64,000 nucleotides of DNA from Microbotryum violaceum (taxonomy: Eukaryota): assembly GCA_001244265.2 (NCBI GenBank), contig CDLV01000004.1, positions 3,410,001 to 3,474,000 on the forward strand, given 5' to 3'. Positions 12,801 to 32,076 of the stretch are shown one piece after another (the stretch's first letter is position 1; the number at the start of each line of letters is the position of its first letter). Under the pieces are notes generated by a model, which worked only from the letters and a program-made list of their open reading frames with translations, was not told where the DNA came from and searched no databases. The translations under genes and the position numbers were made by a program.

Positions 12801-13118
12801 GGAGCAGGGGAGATGGGGACCAAGCGGAGGTCAGGCATGCTGAGCAAGACGAATACGCTCCAACGGGTGATTAGCGAAGTGCATCTGCACGATGTGTTTC
12901 TGTCGTCCAGTCGTCGTCGGGTCGGCTGGACTGCGCAGCGTGTGCTGCGGCTGACCGTCTGCGCCCTTGCAACCACGGGTAGGCCAGAAACCAACCGACG
13001 AACGTACCAGTAACAAAGCCCTCGAACTCCACAGCTCCTCTGTCTCTGGATCGAGCTCGGGCATGGTGCTGATCGGAGTGGTCGGCACTTTGGCCAGGCC
13101 CCCGTTCGGGCTCGACAT
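9892..13118 (-). CDS. NHX1: Endosomal/prevacuolar Na+(K+)/H+ exchanger, CPA1 family, multi-exon
   Basis: Motifs 'IHETIVAMFAG', 'NVLLPPIILNSGY', 'FGSTLSATDPVTILAIF', 'IFGESILNDAVAIVMFE', 'GIVSLLFCGITLKHYAY', 'WAGLRGAVGVALA'. GT-AG introns; ATG at 13118; stop at 9892. Exact exon boundaries were not all resolved. Confidence 0.93.
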
Positions 13119-13473
13119 CGTCACTCGTCACTGGTGAGCAGACGGTTAGTAGTGGTGGGGCGACTTGAGCGTGCTGAGAGCTCAGAGACGAGAGATGTAA
13201 CTGAGCTGAGTTGCAGAGGTGCTTGCTCGACCGAGACGGTTATCGCAGTGAGCCTGCTCGCTTGGAGGTGACAAGGGGATGATGGATGGTGACGTGCGCA
13301 GCTGGGCGACCAGTCCACAACGCGCTGACGACGACGAGAAACACCACAGATGACTATCGACCTGGTGTTGAGACCAAAATATCGATTCGTCTCTAGCGGA
13401 TCAGTAGGCGATCTCCAGTCGTGCAGTGGCCGTGCCTCACTAATCGGTGGCTCGTAGTGACGCGTCGCCAACA

Positions 13474-13580
13474 GAGCGCGCGGAATAGAGCAAAACCGAG
13501 TGCTTGAGTAGGCTTGCGTAATAGGCTTGCGTCTGCTTGCGTTAGGCTTAGAAATTAGGCTTCGGGTATTACGCGCGCTC
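13474..13580. repeat. MITE-like segment with 14-bp inverted ends and internal AGGCTT repeats
   Basis: GAGCGCGCGGAATA (13474-13487) versus TATTACGCGCGCTC (13567-13580), 13/14 match. No TSD. Confidence 0.4.
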
Positions 13581-13780
13581 GGCTGTCACTTTGGCCAGAC
13601 TCGACGGTCGACTCCTGACCACTCGCGCGAGTTGTAGCGGAATAGTGGTTCGAGTTGCAGCAAGACGAAGTACAACATTGGTGTATTGCTATCCTTGTTG
13701 ATGACTCGGAAGATGAAGAATGTTGTCCGGGACCGAGGGAAGACCCTGGCCTGACTTTCCCCTCTCCCCCTCAGCAATCG

Positions 13781-14135
13781 CTGCGGGTGACGGCGAAGCG
13801 AGACACCGGCGGAGAATGTCGGCGCGGTCATATCGTCGCAGAGACGGTCGTCCAAGCGAGCGGGAGAAATCGTCGACGAGTGGCAAGGCAGGCTCGTCGC
13901 GAGGTCCACCGCGGAGAAACTCGACGCGGAAAGCCCCTCTGCGAGCGACGACGAAGCGAGACGCCGGCGGAAGATATCGACGCGGTCATGTCGTCGCAGA
14001 GACGGTCGCCCAAGCAAGCGGGAGAAGTCGACGACGAGCGGCAAGTGCGAACTGGGCACGGCAGGCTCGTCGCGAGATCCGTCGCGGAGAAAAACTCGAC
14101 GCGGAAGGCCCTGCTGCGAGCGACGACGAAGCGAG
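13781..14135. repeat. Degenerate tandem repeat (~158-175 bp unit, about 2.1 copies), cut by Gypsy A
   Basis: Units start CTGCG(G/A)G.GACG.CGAAGCGAG at 13781, 13939 and 14114. Confidence 0.8.
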
Positions 14136-22980
<8,845 letters not shown>

Positions 22981-23311
22981 CTTCACTCAGGTCAGGCGGC
23001 TAAGGGCAAGTCTGACTTAGACTTGCTTCGCAGGCTGGAGTGAAGTTCTAATGGGCACTAAGACTCTCTTAGAGTAAGGTACTTAGTTCTAATGGGCACT
23101 AAGACTCTCTTAGAGTAAGGTACTTAGTACTAATGGGCACTGAAACTCTCTTAGAGAGAGGCACTTGTTAACTCATCCTGGTTCTCTCAGGCTCGAGTGG
23201 GTGTCAGCGGGCCCTCTTGTGTCGAGAGGCATTTATTACGAGTGCGGCGGACTCTCAAACGGAATATATTACAAACTAGGTTCGGCGGCGCGCTCCGCGC
23301 GCCACCTCACA
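22981..23311 (-). mobile_element. Truncated LTR-like sequence of another family
   Basis: Minus strand begins TGTGAG at 23311 with a TATA-like TAATATATT. It contains a tandem repeat and is cut by the 5' LTR of B. Confidence 0.45.
23044..23166. repeat. Tandem repeat, 3 x 41 bp
   Basis: AGTTCTAATGGGCACTAAGACTCTCTTAGAGTAAGGTACTT twice exactly, plus one diverged copy. Confidence 0.92.
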
Positions 23312-23556
23312 CCGTAACCCTTGATCCGCTACAATGTGATGTACTTTACTGCAACAGCTGTGCTACTGTTGTAACGGAAACCTAGTGGTTCAAGTCCGGA
23401 GAGGACCGCGCGCAACAATCAAATGTACACAGTCTTCATTCCATCATTGAACTACTTTTTTGTTCTCCGGGAGCCCGATGATGGGCTCAGAATGTCGTCG
23501 AGACCTGCGTCAAGTGTGGACCTTTTCACGGGTGTTGCAAGCTTGACTTGCGAGCT

Positions 23557-25162
23557 GCCACGTAATGGTGAGCCGCAATTCATCGAGTTAGACGTCTGTT
23601 TTTGCGTGACACAATTATCAGTATTCTTGCTGTTGTCTATCTGTAGCCATGGCAGTGAAGACTTACATTTAGTGTCCCATGGACCCGGATTCTCAGCGGT
23701 ATGAAGTCAATCCTTCCGCTGTATTTTCCCATGGCCTTTGACTTCCACACTCTGCCTTGTATCAAGCACATGACTGAACAGACATCCACCACCCTTAGGA
23801 TGGTGCCTCACACTGAAAATCAGCAGTTCTGTTACACGAAATGCTCTCGCTCAAGCCGTTCCCATTGAAGACGTCTTTGCTGACCTTGAGACCTCCAAGA
23901 GATCGCAGCGTTCATAGCCGGTGGATCCATTGGATGAAGTTGATCCTCCGGCAGTGGACGCAGTGTCAGCGCCATCGGTGACTGTGTGGCGGCTTGACGT
24001 CGGTGTGCCCTAGATCTTCTGAAAGTAGACTGGTTCATCGATGTTGATGCGGTAGACGCAGGGTTTGGCGAAGAACTGTGGGACCGGACTGGAACGCTCT
24101 TGCTCAAGCCTTTCCCGTTGACAACGTCTTTGCTGACCTTAAGACCTTCGAGAGATCGCAGCGCTCACAGGCGGTGGATCCATTGGATGATGACATCCAC
24201 CGGGACAGAGTGGACGTCGGGCGTTGGCTGGGGTGGAGGCGATTGATTGATAGAATCATTTGCTGCCTTTCCCTGAGTCTCCGCACTTGATGTGCCCTAG
24301 ATCCTCTGGAAGTAGAATGATTCGTCGCTGTTGATGTGGTAGAGGCAGGGTTTGGCAAAGAACTGTGTGGGACCGGACCGGAACGCTTTCGCTCAGGCCT
24401 TTCCCATTGACAATGTTGTTGCTGGCCTTCAGACCTCCGAGACGTCGTGCAGCTATCAGTATTCTTGCTGTTGTCCATCTGTAGCAATGGCAGTGAAGAC
24501 TTGCATTTAGTGTTCCCATGACCCGGATTCTGCACCGTACAAAGTCAAGCCGCACCTCAACTTCCCCCCAGAAGTCAGCATTCCATGAAGCAAGCAACTT
24601 CGGAATAACGGGGAGGCATTGCTTCGGATCCCCTGTGATGGTACAGTCCTACCGGCCAGTTAGTCATGCTGCCCTGCGCTTTGCTTTTGAAAAATCGGCA
24701 CATACTTGCCAACACGACGGTCACTCCACCAAACCGAGCCGTTGAGGATCTGCCACGAGATGTAGCCCCTCAACTTCCCCCCAGAAGCCAGCATTCCATG
24801 ATGCAAGCGTCAACAATTTGTCCAGGCCGTGACTTTGGAATACGGGGAGGCATCTTAAGAAAACTTGTCCCTTGTGATGTTACAGTCAAACCCGTCAGTT
24901 AGTCATGCTGCCCTGCGTTTTGCTTTTGAAAGATTGGCACACACCTGCCAACACGACGGTCACTCCAACGAACGGAGCCGTTGAGGATCTGCCACGGATG
25001 GTGAGCCGCAATTCACGGAACCTGTTTTTTTGCGTGATTCGTCCTTTAGAACTATCAGTATTCTTGCTGTTGTCCATTTGTAGAAATGTCAGTAAGGACT
25101 CACATTTAGTGTCCCATGAACCCGGATTCTCAACCGTACAAAGTCAATCCTTCCGCTGTTTC
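23557..25162. repeat. Mosaic of three diverged repeat modules (X-Y-Y-y-x-Z-Z-X)
   Basis: X core TATCAGTATTCTTGCTGTTGTC..CCCGGATTCT at ~23616, ~24454 and ~25053. Y units of ~250-290 bp start at ~23840, ~24092 and ~24382. Z units of ~215-240 bp start at ~24555 and ~24767. Confidence 0.8.
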
Positions 25163-25611
25163 ACTGACGTTCAATGTCTGTTTTTCGTATCAGGTTTTCC
25201 GTCATATCTAAGACTGCACAGCCATGTCAAGAGATAACTCACGCATGCAGTGTCACCAGCTGACGGTGAAGAAACAACTTGAGGGTTGACACTCAAAGAG
25301 GACGTGTTGAAGGGAATTTCTGCTTGGTAGTAACCCATTAGCTTCTGAACAATCCCACACCAAGAGCACAGTTCATGAAGTTACGTACTCGAATTCGTAG
25401 CTATGTTGCATGCGGCAGCCATTTCTGTATCCCGTATTTGTTGCAGAGCTTCCATGACGACCGCTTCGGATGTCGCGAGCTCGAGGTGGCAATGGGATGA
25501 GGTGCGATGGGCAACGTGTGAAGAGCAGGAGGGAGAAAGATGGAGAAGCCTGCGCCTCAGTTTGAACCGGACTCATAGAATGTTGTGGAAGGCCACAGAA
25601 CATTGTGGAGT

Positions 25612-26093
25612 TGTCACAAATGGAAGCTCGCCACTCCGAGTTTGGCCTCTCAGCACTCTCGTCATCCGCGTGACCTCGGCCTTCCCGCGCCTCGGACCTT
25701 CTCTCCCCGCTTCGGCACCTGCACTGCTTTCTTCTCCTCCAACTACACACTCGCAACCCTCTCGCCCCCAACTCTTATGTGATCATCAACCAAGCTCTAT
25801 TACGTGATCCTCAGCCTCAACACTATTATGTGATCCTCGTGCCTTGCCTCCTCAAGCTTGTCACCTCGTCCCCGACTCCTCTGGTCTAGTTCCCCCTTTC
25901 CGTAGCTTACTTCTCTCTTTCCCTTCTGCAACTCGAATCTTGTCAAAGGTCACATCCTTGCACTCGTCCCTCGTCCTCGTCTCTCTTGAGAAGTCTCTAG
26001 AACCTCTCTTGACTTGTCCCTTGTCCCTTGCCCCTTTGTCCGGCTCGTTCCTCCTATCATTGTCCTTTGTGATAGGAGTGAAGGCCCGTGACA
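25612..26093 (+). mobile_element. Probable solo LTR (482 bp)
   Basis: Terminal inverted TGTCAC...GTGACA, pyrimidine-rich interior, triple TTA(T/C)GTGATC repeat, and hairpin CTCCTATCA..TGATAGGAG near the 3' end. Flanks (GGAGT/CGCTG) do not form a TSD. Confidence 0.5.
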
Positions 26094-26885
26094 CGCTGGC
26101 GGGGCCCCTAACGGCAGGAATTGGCGTACTGGCCGACGCTATCCGAGGTCTGGAACTGCTTCAAGTGGACAAACAAATCTCAAGCTTGGAGGTGAAGAAC
26201 TGCGGGCCCGTTGCACTTTCCGTGCGACATTGAGACTGCCTGCTGCCGGTGCAGTTGACTTGACGAACCAGTTTGCGCGACGTTGTGTTGATCCGTTTTG
26301 CGAAGGCATCATTGCCGCTGAGCTTCGGCAATTGTTCAAGGTTGCTGGCGGCGGGGTCTGTGCGATTAGAGCGGGAGTCAGGAGGAGTCGGAATGTGCGG
26401 AGGAAGAACGCGAGCAACTGCCAACGTCTGTGCTGCCCCTCTGCTCTCCGTGAAGATTGTTGTACAGGAGACGGGATGTGAAAGCCTGCAGATGACTGCT
26501 CGGCAGTGGCAGAACTGGATGGTTGAAGGGACTACGCTCCGATGTGGCAGGCACGCAAAACCGGTCGTCTGGGGAGCAGAGAGTCATGTGCCACGCTGCT
26601 TTGATGGGAAATGGAACCTCGACGAAGGTAGGCGAAGCGGTCTCGCCGATGCTGAAACAGCGCTAGCTAACTGGGATGCGCTGGACCGAGAGCTGCCGAT
26701 GACGTCAAACCACGTGGTTTGTCTTTCGTTCTCTGACAAACTCTAGCCACACAGATTCATTTATATAGATAGGAGATTGTTTCGTTTCTTGGTTAAAATG
26801 TTCATTAGCCGTACACATTTTGAAACGCAAGGCGTAGATTAAAGGTTCATTTGCTTGCTCACTTCAAACTCATCTACCATGATGC

Positions 26886-29800
26886 TGTAAGGCCCGTGCG
26901 CCTGGGCCTTAGGAAGAGGGGACGCGCGCCTGGGCACTCTTAGTCTCTCTCCAGCGACTGATACGAGTGTCCAGGTGAGCACAAGGTGGATCAGAAGGCA
27001 TTGTCATACCAGCAACTGATACGAGTGTCCAGTGTCAATTCTACATACTTTGGTCCTGTGATCCTTGTCGTCGTCGCTCAGGTGTACACTCCAACGGGGT
27101 GTATTACACTTTTTTTTCACACCGGTCAAAGACGCACACTGCCACGTGCGCCAGCGACACACCCACGGAACGAACAAACGACAACGAACGGTAACAGACG
27201 AACATGGCGCGTGGCAAGAACTCCACCGCCCAACCAGCGCCACCATCGGCACCAGAGGAAAGGGAGGACAGCTCGGACGATGAACAGGAGGTTGCAACGA
27301 TGCCAAGGGGCATGAAGCTCAGCGCGCCCAAGCTTGCGAACGGCACGAAACTCACTCTCTCCTCGATCCGCGCATTCCTCAACGACATGGACAACATGTT
27401 CTTCCAGTACCAAGTGAAGAACATGCGACTAAAGATAATGTTCATCGCCAACCACATTGAACACGAGGCGCTCAAGGATTGGCTGGTGACGGCGACGGAG
27501 GAACGCACGTGGGACGAGCTTAAGGTCGCCTTCATCCGCAAGGCACTACCCTTGGATTTCGCCTTCACGACAGAGCAGCGTATTCGCCACAGCCACCAAG
27601 GCAACCACGACTACGCGACGTGGGCTTCGGGACTTCGGGCCTCACAGCTGCAGCTCGGCCAGACCGCCCTCAGCGACATTGAGTTCATCAAGATCCTACT
27701 GTTCAACATGGACCCTCAATTGAGCGTTGTTCTACGACAGAACGACCTTCTGTTGGGTACTGGCCTACACCAAGATGATTTAGACTACGTGGCGGCTTCA
27801 AAGGCGGCGCTCCCCAAGCTCAAGACATTATCTTACGAGGTGTTCGAGCGATTGGCAAGATCCCAATGGAATGTGATCATAGCGGTTCGTCCTGTAGCAA
27901 CTCCCCGAACGCAGACCTCGACTACGAGCCCAAAGACCAGCTCTGGCCGACCTTTTGTGACCTCGGCGACCACTCGACGCAGGCCGACGAGACTCACGGA
28001 CCCGATGAAGGATTATCTCTCGGGGAAGGAGGGATGCTTTAGCTGCAGACGCATCAACACGGATCACCGCGCGAGCGACTGTACAGCCAACTGGCAGCAG
28101 GCACCGGATGTCCCGGAGGGGTGGGCCAAGTTCGAAAAGAAGAAGGCGAAAGCGGCCAAGAACGACATCCTCCATCAGATTGCGGAAAACTCAGAAGACG
28201 ACATCTCAACGGATGAAGAAAACGAGTACGCCCCTCAGTTCATCTCCACCATCCCCATCACTCTGCACAACGACACAAATTTAAAGACGTTGCAGGCACT
28301 TGCTGACTCCGGGGCCTCTTCCTCCTTTATCGCAGATAAGGTGGTTGAGAAACTGGGGTTAGTTGTGCATCGTCTCCCTGTTCCTACATTGGTCAAAACT
28401 GCAATCAAAGGCCAAGCACGCGCGTTTCACGTTACCTCGTTCGTAAAGATTCCGATCACGCTCGAGAATGGCGCATGGGAAGCGGGACACACGATTCTGA
28501 AGGTGGCTAAACTGCAGGAGCCCTTGGAAGTGGTACTGGGGTTCAACTTCCTTGTAAAACACAAGGTTACCATCGACTTCGCGGCACACAAGATCCTGGT
28601 GCCACATCCGACCATGCCTGACGTAAAGATTGACCTTCTTGCGCCGGTCTTCGGACCCCACCCCCAGCGAGCCGCGGCGAGGAATGCCAAACGAAGCGAT
28701 AAAGCTCGGATCAACTGGCGTGCATTGATTGCCTACATCGACGGGGTCCAGCAAAGGGAAACGGAGTTGACGGAGTTGCGACGGCGGGAGGCAAAGCTAC
28801 GGGTCGAGTTTGCGGATCGGTTCCCGGGGGATATTCCTCCGGTTTCGACGTATGAATCACCGGTCCGACACCGAATCGAGCTGAAGGACGGAGCAACAAA
28901 ACCGAACTTGAAGGGTTATCGAGCGGCACACCGTTACCGGGAAGCCTGGAAGCGCCTGATTGATCAGCACGTCGCCAATGGCCGCCTTCGAAAGTCGTCA
29001 TCAGAGTTCGCATCCCCGGCGTTTGTCATCCCAAAGAAAGGTATGGATAAGGACCCGTCAATCCAACCACGCATGGTCTGTGACTACCGAGTACTCAACG
29101 AAGGGACGGTCCGAGATCGCACACCTCTACCACTTCCGGACAAGATTCTGTCGGTCTGCTCAAACGCGCGATTCTGGGGGAAGATCGACATGAAAAACTC
29201 CTTCTTCCAAACCAAGATGGCCGAGGAAGACATCCGGAAGACGGCGATTGTGACACCGTGGGGATTGTACGAGTGGACGGTAATGCCAATGGGACTCTGC
29301 AACGCCCCGGCAACGCATCAGCGCCGAGTCAACGAGGCACTCGGAGACCTTATCGGGAGCGTGTGTTTCGTGTACCTCGATGACATCACAATCTTTGCCG
29401 ACACCTTGGAGGAACATGAACGACGGGTGCGACTAGTCCTGGAGGCGCTGAGACGGGCGGATCTGTACGTATCGCCGAAGAAGACGGAACTGTTTGCTGC
29501 CGAGTGCTTTTTCCTCGGCCACCAGATCACTCGGGAAGGCATCAAGGTCAATCCTGACAAGGTGGAGCGGATCCAACAGTGGCCGCGACCAAGGACGGTG
29601 AAGCAATTGCGGGGATTCCTAGGTCTGGTGCAGTATCTGCGGAAGTTCATCGACAAGCTTGCGGATTTGACGGCGGTTTTAGTCCCGCTGACACGGAAAG
29701 GGGTGCATGTCGACGAAGGCTGGACGGGAGAGCACGACAAGGCGTTTGAGGCAATCAAGTCCTTGGTGGGCAACCTTCCTTCTCTACATCCCATTGACCA

Positions 29801-32076
29801 TTCCGACAAGGGCGACCCATTATGGCTGATGACGGACGCGAGCAATCGGGGAATCGGGGCGGCACTCAGTCAAGGAAAGCAATGGCAGACGGCCATGCCG
29901 GCAGGCTATTGGTCACGACAGTACAACCCAGCGGAAGGCAACTATGCAGCCCACGAGATGGAATTGCTTGCAATTGTGGACGCCCTTCATCACTGGCGGG
30001 CGGACCTTTTGGGTGTTCAATTCAAGATCCTCACAGACCACCACTCCTTGGCGGGCTTCATGAAGCAACCAAGCCTTTCACGACGACAAGCTCGATGGAC
30101 CGAACGACTGGCCGATTACGACTTCGAGATTGTATATGTACGAGGTCCAGAGAACACAGTGGCTGATGCATTGAGTCGTTACTCTTTCCCGGAGGAACCC
30201 ACAGCCGGCCGCCAGGCAAGCGACAATGTCAACGTGCTGGCGGAGGCAACTCTCGATCCGGCCTTCCTTCGCAAACTCAGGGACGGTTACCGCAAGGACT
30301 CGCAATGTCAACAAGCTATCAAGAACATCGACTCAACACCAGCCTACTCAGTCGACAATGGAATCGCATGGTTTGAGGGACGGATCCTCCTGCCAAAGAC
30401 GGGGAACTTTTGGGAGGACGCGCTACATGACGCACATGACGCTGCGTGCCATTTTGGACTACACAAGACGTACGAACACCTGCGCCGCAACTTTATCTGG
30501 TCGGGAATGAAGGATGCATGCAAAGATTACGTTGAGTCCTGTGCTGCTTGTCAGACAATGAAGATGCATGGCACCGGTTTTGCCGGTCGGATCCACAATT
30601 TGAATGTGCCTGACCGGCCAATGCGGGAAGTTGGCCTAGACTTTGTCGGGCCACTTGTACCTAGCAATGGTAATGACGCACTGCTTACGGTAACAGATCG
30701 CCTTTCAGGCTACGTTCGCCTCATCCCCTGCCGCACGACGGACGACGTGACTACCACGGCGGACCGGTTCTTTGAGGGGTGGCATCGACACTTCGGCATG
30801 CCACGAGTGCTGGTCTCCGACCGCGACAAGCTCTTCACAAGCGAGTTCTGGCGAGCGTACATGGGCCAGCTGGGAACGAAACTGGCAACATCGACGTCTT
30901 TCCACCCACAAACGGATGGCCAAAGCGAGCGAACAAATCGGACCGTGATCCAAGTCCTGCGAACAATGGTCAACCGACGGCAAAATGACTGGTCAAAGCA
31001 CTTGGCTACGGTGGAGTTTGTGATCAACTCCAGTATGAACAGGTCGACGGGGAAGACGCCATTTGAAGTGGTACTTGGGTTCACGCCGGAGCTGACACCG
31101 ATCACCCCAGTGGAGCCCTCAACCACGTCACAGGCAGTCAAATCCATCGTGGAACAACGTGAAGCAGCGGTTGCGGAAGCCCGAGACAATTTGGCAATTG
31201 CAAAGATCCGACAGGCCAACCAGAGCAACAAGGCGAGGAAACCGGAGCCCGGGTTTGCAGTTGGCAACATGGTCTTAGTCAACTCGCGGGATCGACGACT
31301 GCGGTACAAGGCCGATGGGGAAGCACGGTCAGCCAAACTCTTTCCCCGGTTTGACGGCCCCTACGAAGTCCTAGCAGCACGACCCGAAACCTCAAATTAC
31401 AAGCTGAAGCTCAAGGCGAGGGACAAGTCGCACAACGTCTTCCACGCCTCCAAGCTCCGACGCTGGGTAAAGAACAATGGGGTGGTGTTCCCAGGACGAG
31501 AGGCAACGGAACCAGCGGCCATTATCGTCCAAGGAAACGAGGAGTGGGAGGTAGAACGGATTGTGGACGAAAAGGGGAAGGGGTCAAGGAAGAGGTTCTT
31601 GGTGAAATGGAAGGGGTGGGCAGAGAGCGACAACACATGGGAGCCATGCTCACACCTGGAAGACACCGCAGCGTTGGAAGAGTGGGAGAGTGGGAAGGCG
31701 GGGGAGGACAAGGCAAGGAGGGGAGGGTGTAAGGAGGGAGGGGAGTTTGGTTTAGGTGGTGGAGAGTGTAAGGCCCATGCGCCTGAGCCTTAGGAAGAGG
31801 GGACGCGCGCCTGGGCACTGGAGCGAGGGGAGTTTGGTTTAGGTGGTGGAGAGTGTAAGGCCCGTGCGCCTGGGCCTTAGGAAGAGGGGACGCGCGCCTG
31901 GGCACTCTTAGTCTCTCTCCAGCGACTGATACGAGTGTCCAGGTGAGCACAAGGTGGATCAGAAGGCATTGTCATACCAGCGACTGATACGAGTGTCCAG
32001 TGTCAATTCTACATACTTTGGTCCTGTGATCCTTGTCATCGTCGCTCAGGTGTACACTCCAGCGGGGTGTATTACA
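26886..32076 (+). mobile_element. Full-length Ty3/Gypsy chromovirus copy C
   Basis: 223-bp LTRs at 26886-27108 and 31854-32076 with 3 differences seen. TSD GATGC at 26881-26885 and 32077-32081. Confidence 0.98.
27204..31793 (+). CDS. Intact single-ORF Gag-PR-RT-RNaseH-IN-chromodomain polyprotein (1529 aa)
   Basis: Zn knuckle CFSC..H..C, ADSGAS, YLDD, TDAS, HHCC, integrase core (LDFVG, SDRD, QSERTN), 'DGPYEV' and a C-terminal chromodomain. Confidence 0.97.
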   Translation: MARGKNSTAQPAPPSAPEEREDSSDDEQEVATMPRGMKLSAPKLANGTKLTLSSIRAFLNDMDNMFFQYQVKNMRLKIMFIANHIEHEALKDWLVTATEERTWDELKVAFIRKALPLDFAFTTEQRIRHSHQGNHDYATWASGLRASQLQLGQTALSDIEFIKILLFNMDPQLSVVLRQNDLLLGTGLHQDDLDYVAASKAALPKLKTLSYEVFERLARSQWNVIIAVRPVATPRTQTSTTSPKTSSGRPFVTSATTRRRPTRLTDPMKDYLSGKEGCFSCRRINTDHRASDCTANWQQAPDVPEGWAKFEKKKAKAAKNDILHQIAENSEDDISTDEENEYAPQFISTIPITLHNDTNLKTLQALADSGASSSFIADKVVEKLGLVVHRLPVPTLVKTAIKGQARAFHVTSFVKIPITLENGAWEAGHTILKVAKLQEPLEVVLGFNFLVKHKVTIDFAAHKILVPHPTMPDVKIDLLAPVFGPHPQRAAARNAKRSDKARINWRALIAYIDGVQQRETELTELRRREAKLRVEFADRFPGDIPPVSTYESPVRHRIELKDGATKPNLKGYRAAHRYREAWKRLIDQHVANGRLRKSSSEFASPAFVIPKKGMDKDPSIQPRMVCDYRVLNEGTVRDRTPLPLPDKILSVCSNARFWGKIDMKNSFFQTKMAEEDIRKTAIVTPWGLYEWTVMPMGLCNAPATHQRRVNEALGDLIGSVCFVYLDDITIFADTLEEHERRVRLVLEALRRADLYVSPKKTELFAAECFFLGHQITREGIKVNPDKVERIQQWPRPRTVKQLRGFLGLVQYLRKFIDKLADLTAVLVPLTRKGVHVDEGWTGEHDKAFEAIKSLVGNLPSLHPIDHSDKGDPLWLMTDASNRGIGAALSQGKQWQTAMPAGYWSRQYNPAEGNYAAHEMELLAIVDALHHWRADLLGVQFKILTDHHSLAGFMKQPSLSRRQARWTERLADYDFEIVYVRGPENTVADALSRYSFPEEPTAGRQASDNVNVLAEATLDPAFLRKLRDGYRKDSQCQQAIKNIDSTPAYSVDNGIAWFEGRILLPKTGNFWEDALHDAHDAACHFGLHKTYEHLRRNFIWSGMKDACKDYVESCAACQTMKMHGTGFAGRIHNLNVPDRPMREVGLDFVGPLVPSNGNDALLTVTDRLSGYVRLIPCRTTDDVTTTADRFFEGWHRHFGMPRVLVSDRDKLFTSEFWRAYMGQLGTKLATSTSFHPQTDGQSERTNRTVIQVLRTMVNRRQNDWSKHLATVEFVINSSMNRSTGKTPFEVVLGFTPELTPITPVEPSTTSQAVKSIVEQREAAVAEARDNLAIAKIRQANQSNKARKPEPGFAVGNMVLVNSRDRRLRYKADGEARSAKLFPRFDGPYEVLAARPETSNYKLKLKARDKSHNVFHASKLRRWVKNNGVVFPGREATEPAAIIVQGNEEWEVERIVDEKGKGSRKRFLVKWKGWAESDNTWEPCSHLEDTAALEEWESGKAGEDKARRGGCKEGGEFGLGGGECKAHAPEP

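Noticed and set aside
23044-23166. CRISPR-like array
   Set aside because: Adjacent 41-bp units with no unique spacers, a eukaryotic context and no cas genes. The same applies to 7817-7873.
26886-27125. Tf1-type self-priming
   Set aside because: No sequence in the LTR is complementary to the bases immediately after the 5' LTR.
29084-31711. Antisense ORFs recurring in A, B, C and D
   Set aside because: They are shadows of the conserved GC-rich pol frame, with no independent motifs.
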